64,000 nucleotides of DNA, taken from NCBI GenBank assembly GCA_964016885.1, contig OZ024757.1:2170001-2234000 (forward strand), given 5' to 3'. Positions within the stretch are counted from its first letter, which is position 1; each line of letters begins with the position of its first letter. Both the position numbers and the translations under genes were made by a program. Below, piece by piece: positions 62,701 through 64,000 of the stretch. The notes below the pieces were generated by a model that searched no databases, had not been told where the DNA came from, and worked only from the letters and a program-made list of their open reading frames with translations. The DNA is from Eledone cirrhosa. Taxonomy: Eukaryota.

Positions 62701-64000
62701 AATATATACACAATATATAAACTCCATACACTATATATACACAATATATACACAATATATAAATTCCATACACAATATATACACAATATATAAACTCCAT
62801 ACACTATATATACACAATATATACACTCTATATAAACTCCATACACTATATATACACTATATATACACAATATATAAACTCCACACACTATATATACACA
62901 ATATATACACAATATATAAACTCCATATATTATATATACACTATATATACACTATATATAAACTCCATACATTATCTATACACTATATACACAATATATT
63001 AATTGCATACACTATATATACATTATATACATAATATATAAAATCCATACACAATATATACACTATATATACACAATATATAAACTCCATACACTGTATA
63101 TACACAATATATACACAATATATAAAATCCATGAATTATATATACACAATATATAAACTCCATACACTATATATACACAATATATAAACTCCATACACTA
63201 TATATACACCATATATACACAATATATAAACTCCATCCATTATATATACACACTATATATACACAATATATACACAATATATAAACTCCATACACTATAT
63301 ATACACAATATATACACAATATATAAAGTCCATACACAATATATACACTATATATAAACTCCATACTCTCTATATATATTATATACACAATATATAAACT
63401 CCATACACTATATATACACAATATATAAACTCCATACACAATATATACACAATATATAAACTCCATACACAATATATACACAATATATAAACTCCATACA
63501 CTATATATACACTATATATACACAATATATACACTACCTCTAAACTATATATACACTATATATAAACTCCATACATTATATATACACAATATATAAACTC
63601 AATACACAATATATACACTATATACACAATATATAAACTCCATACACTATATATACACTATATATAAACTCCATACACAATATATACACTATATATAAAC
63701 TCCATACACTATATATACACAATATATACACAATATATACACAATATATAAATTCCATACACTATATATAAACTCCATACACTATATATACACTATATAT
63801 AAACTCCATACATTATATATACACTAAATACACAATATATAAACTCCACACACTATATATACACAATATATTAATTCCATACACTATATATACACTATAT
63901 ACACAATATATAAACTCTTTACACTGTATATACACAATATATACACAATATATTAACTCCATACATTATATATACACAATATATACAGAATGAATAAACT
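53712..64000. repeat. AT-rich complex satellite (ctccatacac/tatatatacac/aatatataaa units), >10 kb, runs off the window
   Basis: Direct reading; all ORFs here are low-complexity artefacts. Confidence 0.97.

Noticed and set aside
53712-64000. Telomeric repeat or coding ORFs in the terminal satellite
   Set aside because: No TTAGGG-type units; the ORFs are low-complexity translations.

Overview
Eukaryotic, AT-rich, microsatellite-saturated animal DNA; the repeat repertoire suggests a cephalopod such as Octopus (inference). There are two convergent host genes. (i) The last exon (6828-8960, +) of a glutaredoxin-domain protein with a ~670-aa acidic tandem-repeat tail. (ii) A complete six-exon ankyrin-repeat/SOCS-box gene on the minus strand (46230-14502, 359 aa, assembled by hand from GT-AG sites with consistent phases). 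The rest is mobile DNA and tandem repeats: one apparently intact RTE LINE (APE + RT + PHD finger, 209-bp 5' monomers) plus many truncated copies, tRNA-derived SINEs, hAT, piggyBac and Helitron-like MITEs, several minisatellites and a >10-kb AT-rich satellite. The most striking signal is a dense, sequence-diverse set of short elements in (TA)n tracts. They are mostly fold-back inverted repeats and carry minimal type-I hammerhead ribozyme motifs followed by AATAAA, and two still carry Penelope-like GIY-YIG endonuclease sequence. The inverted arms repeatedly terminate inside the ribozyme. All alignments and folds were done by eye; repeat boundaries are approximate.
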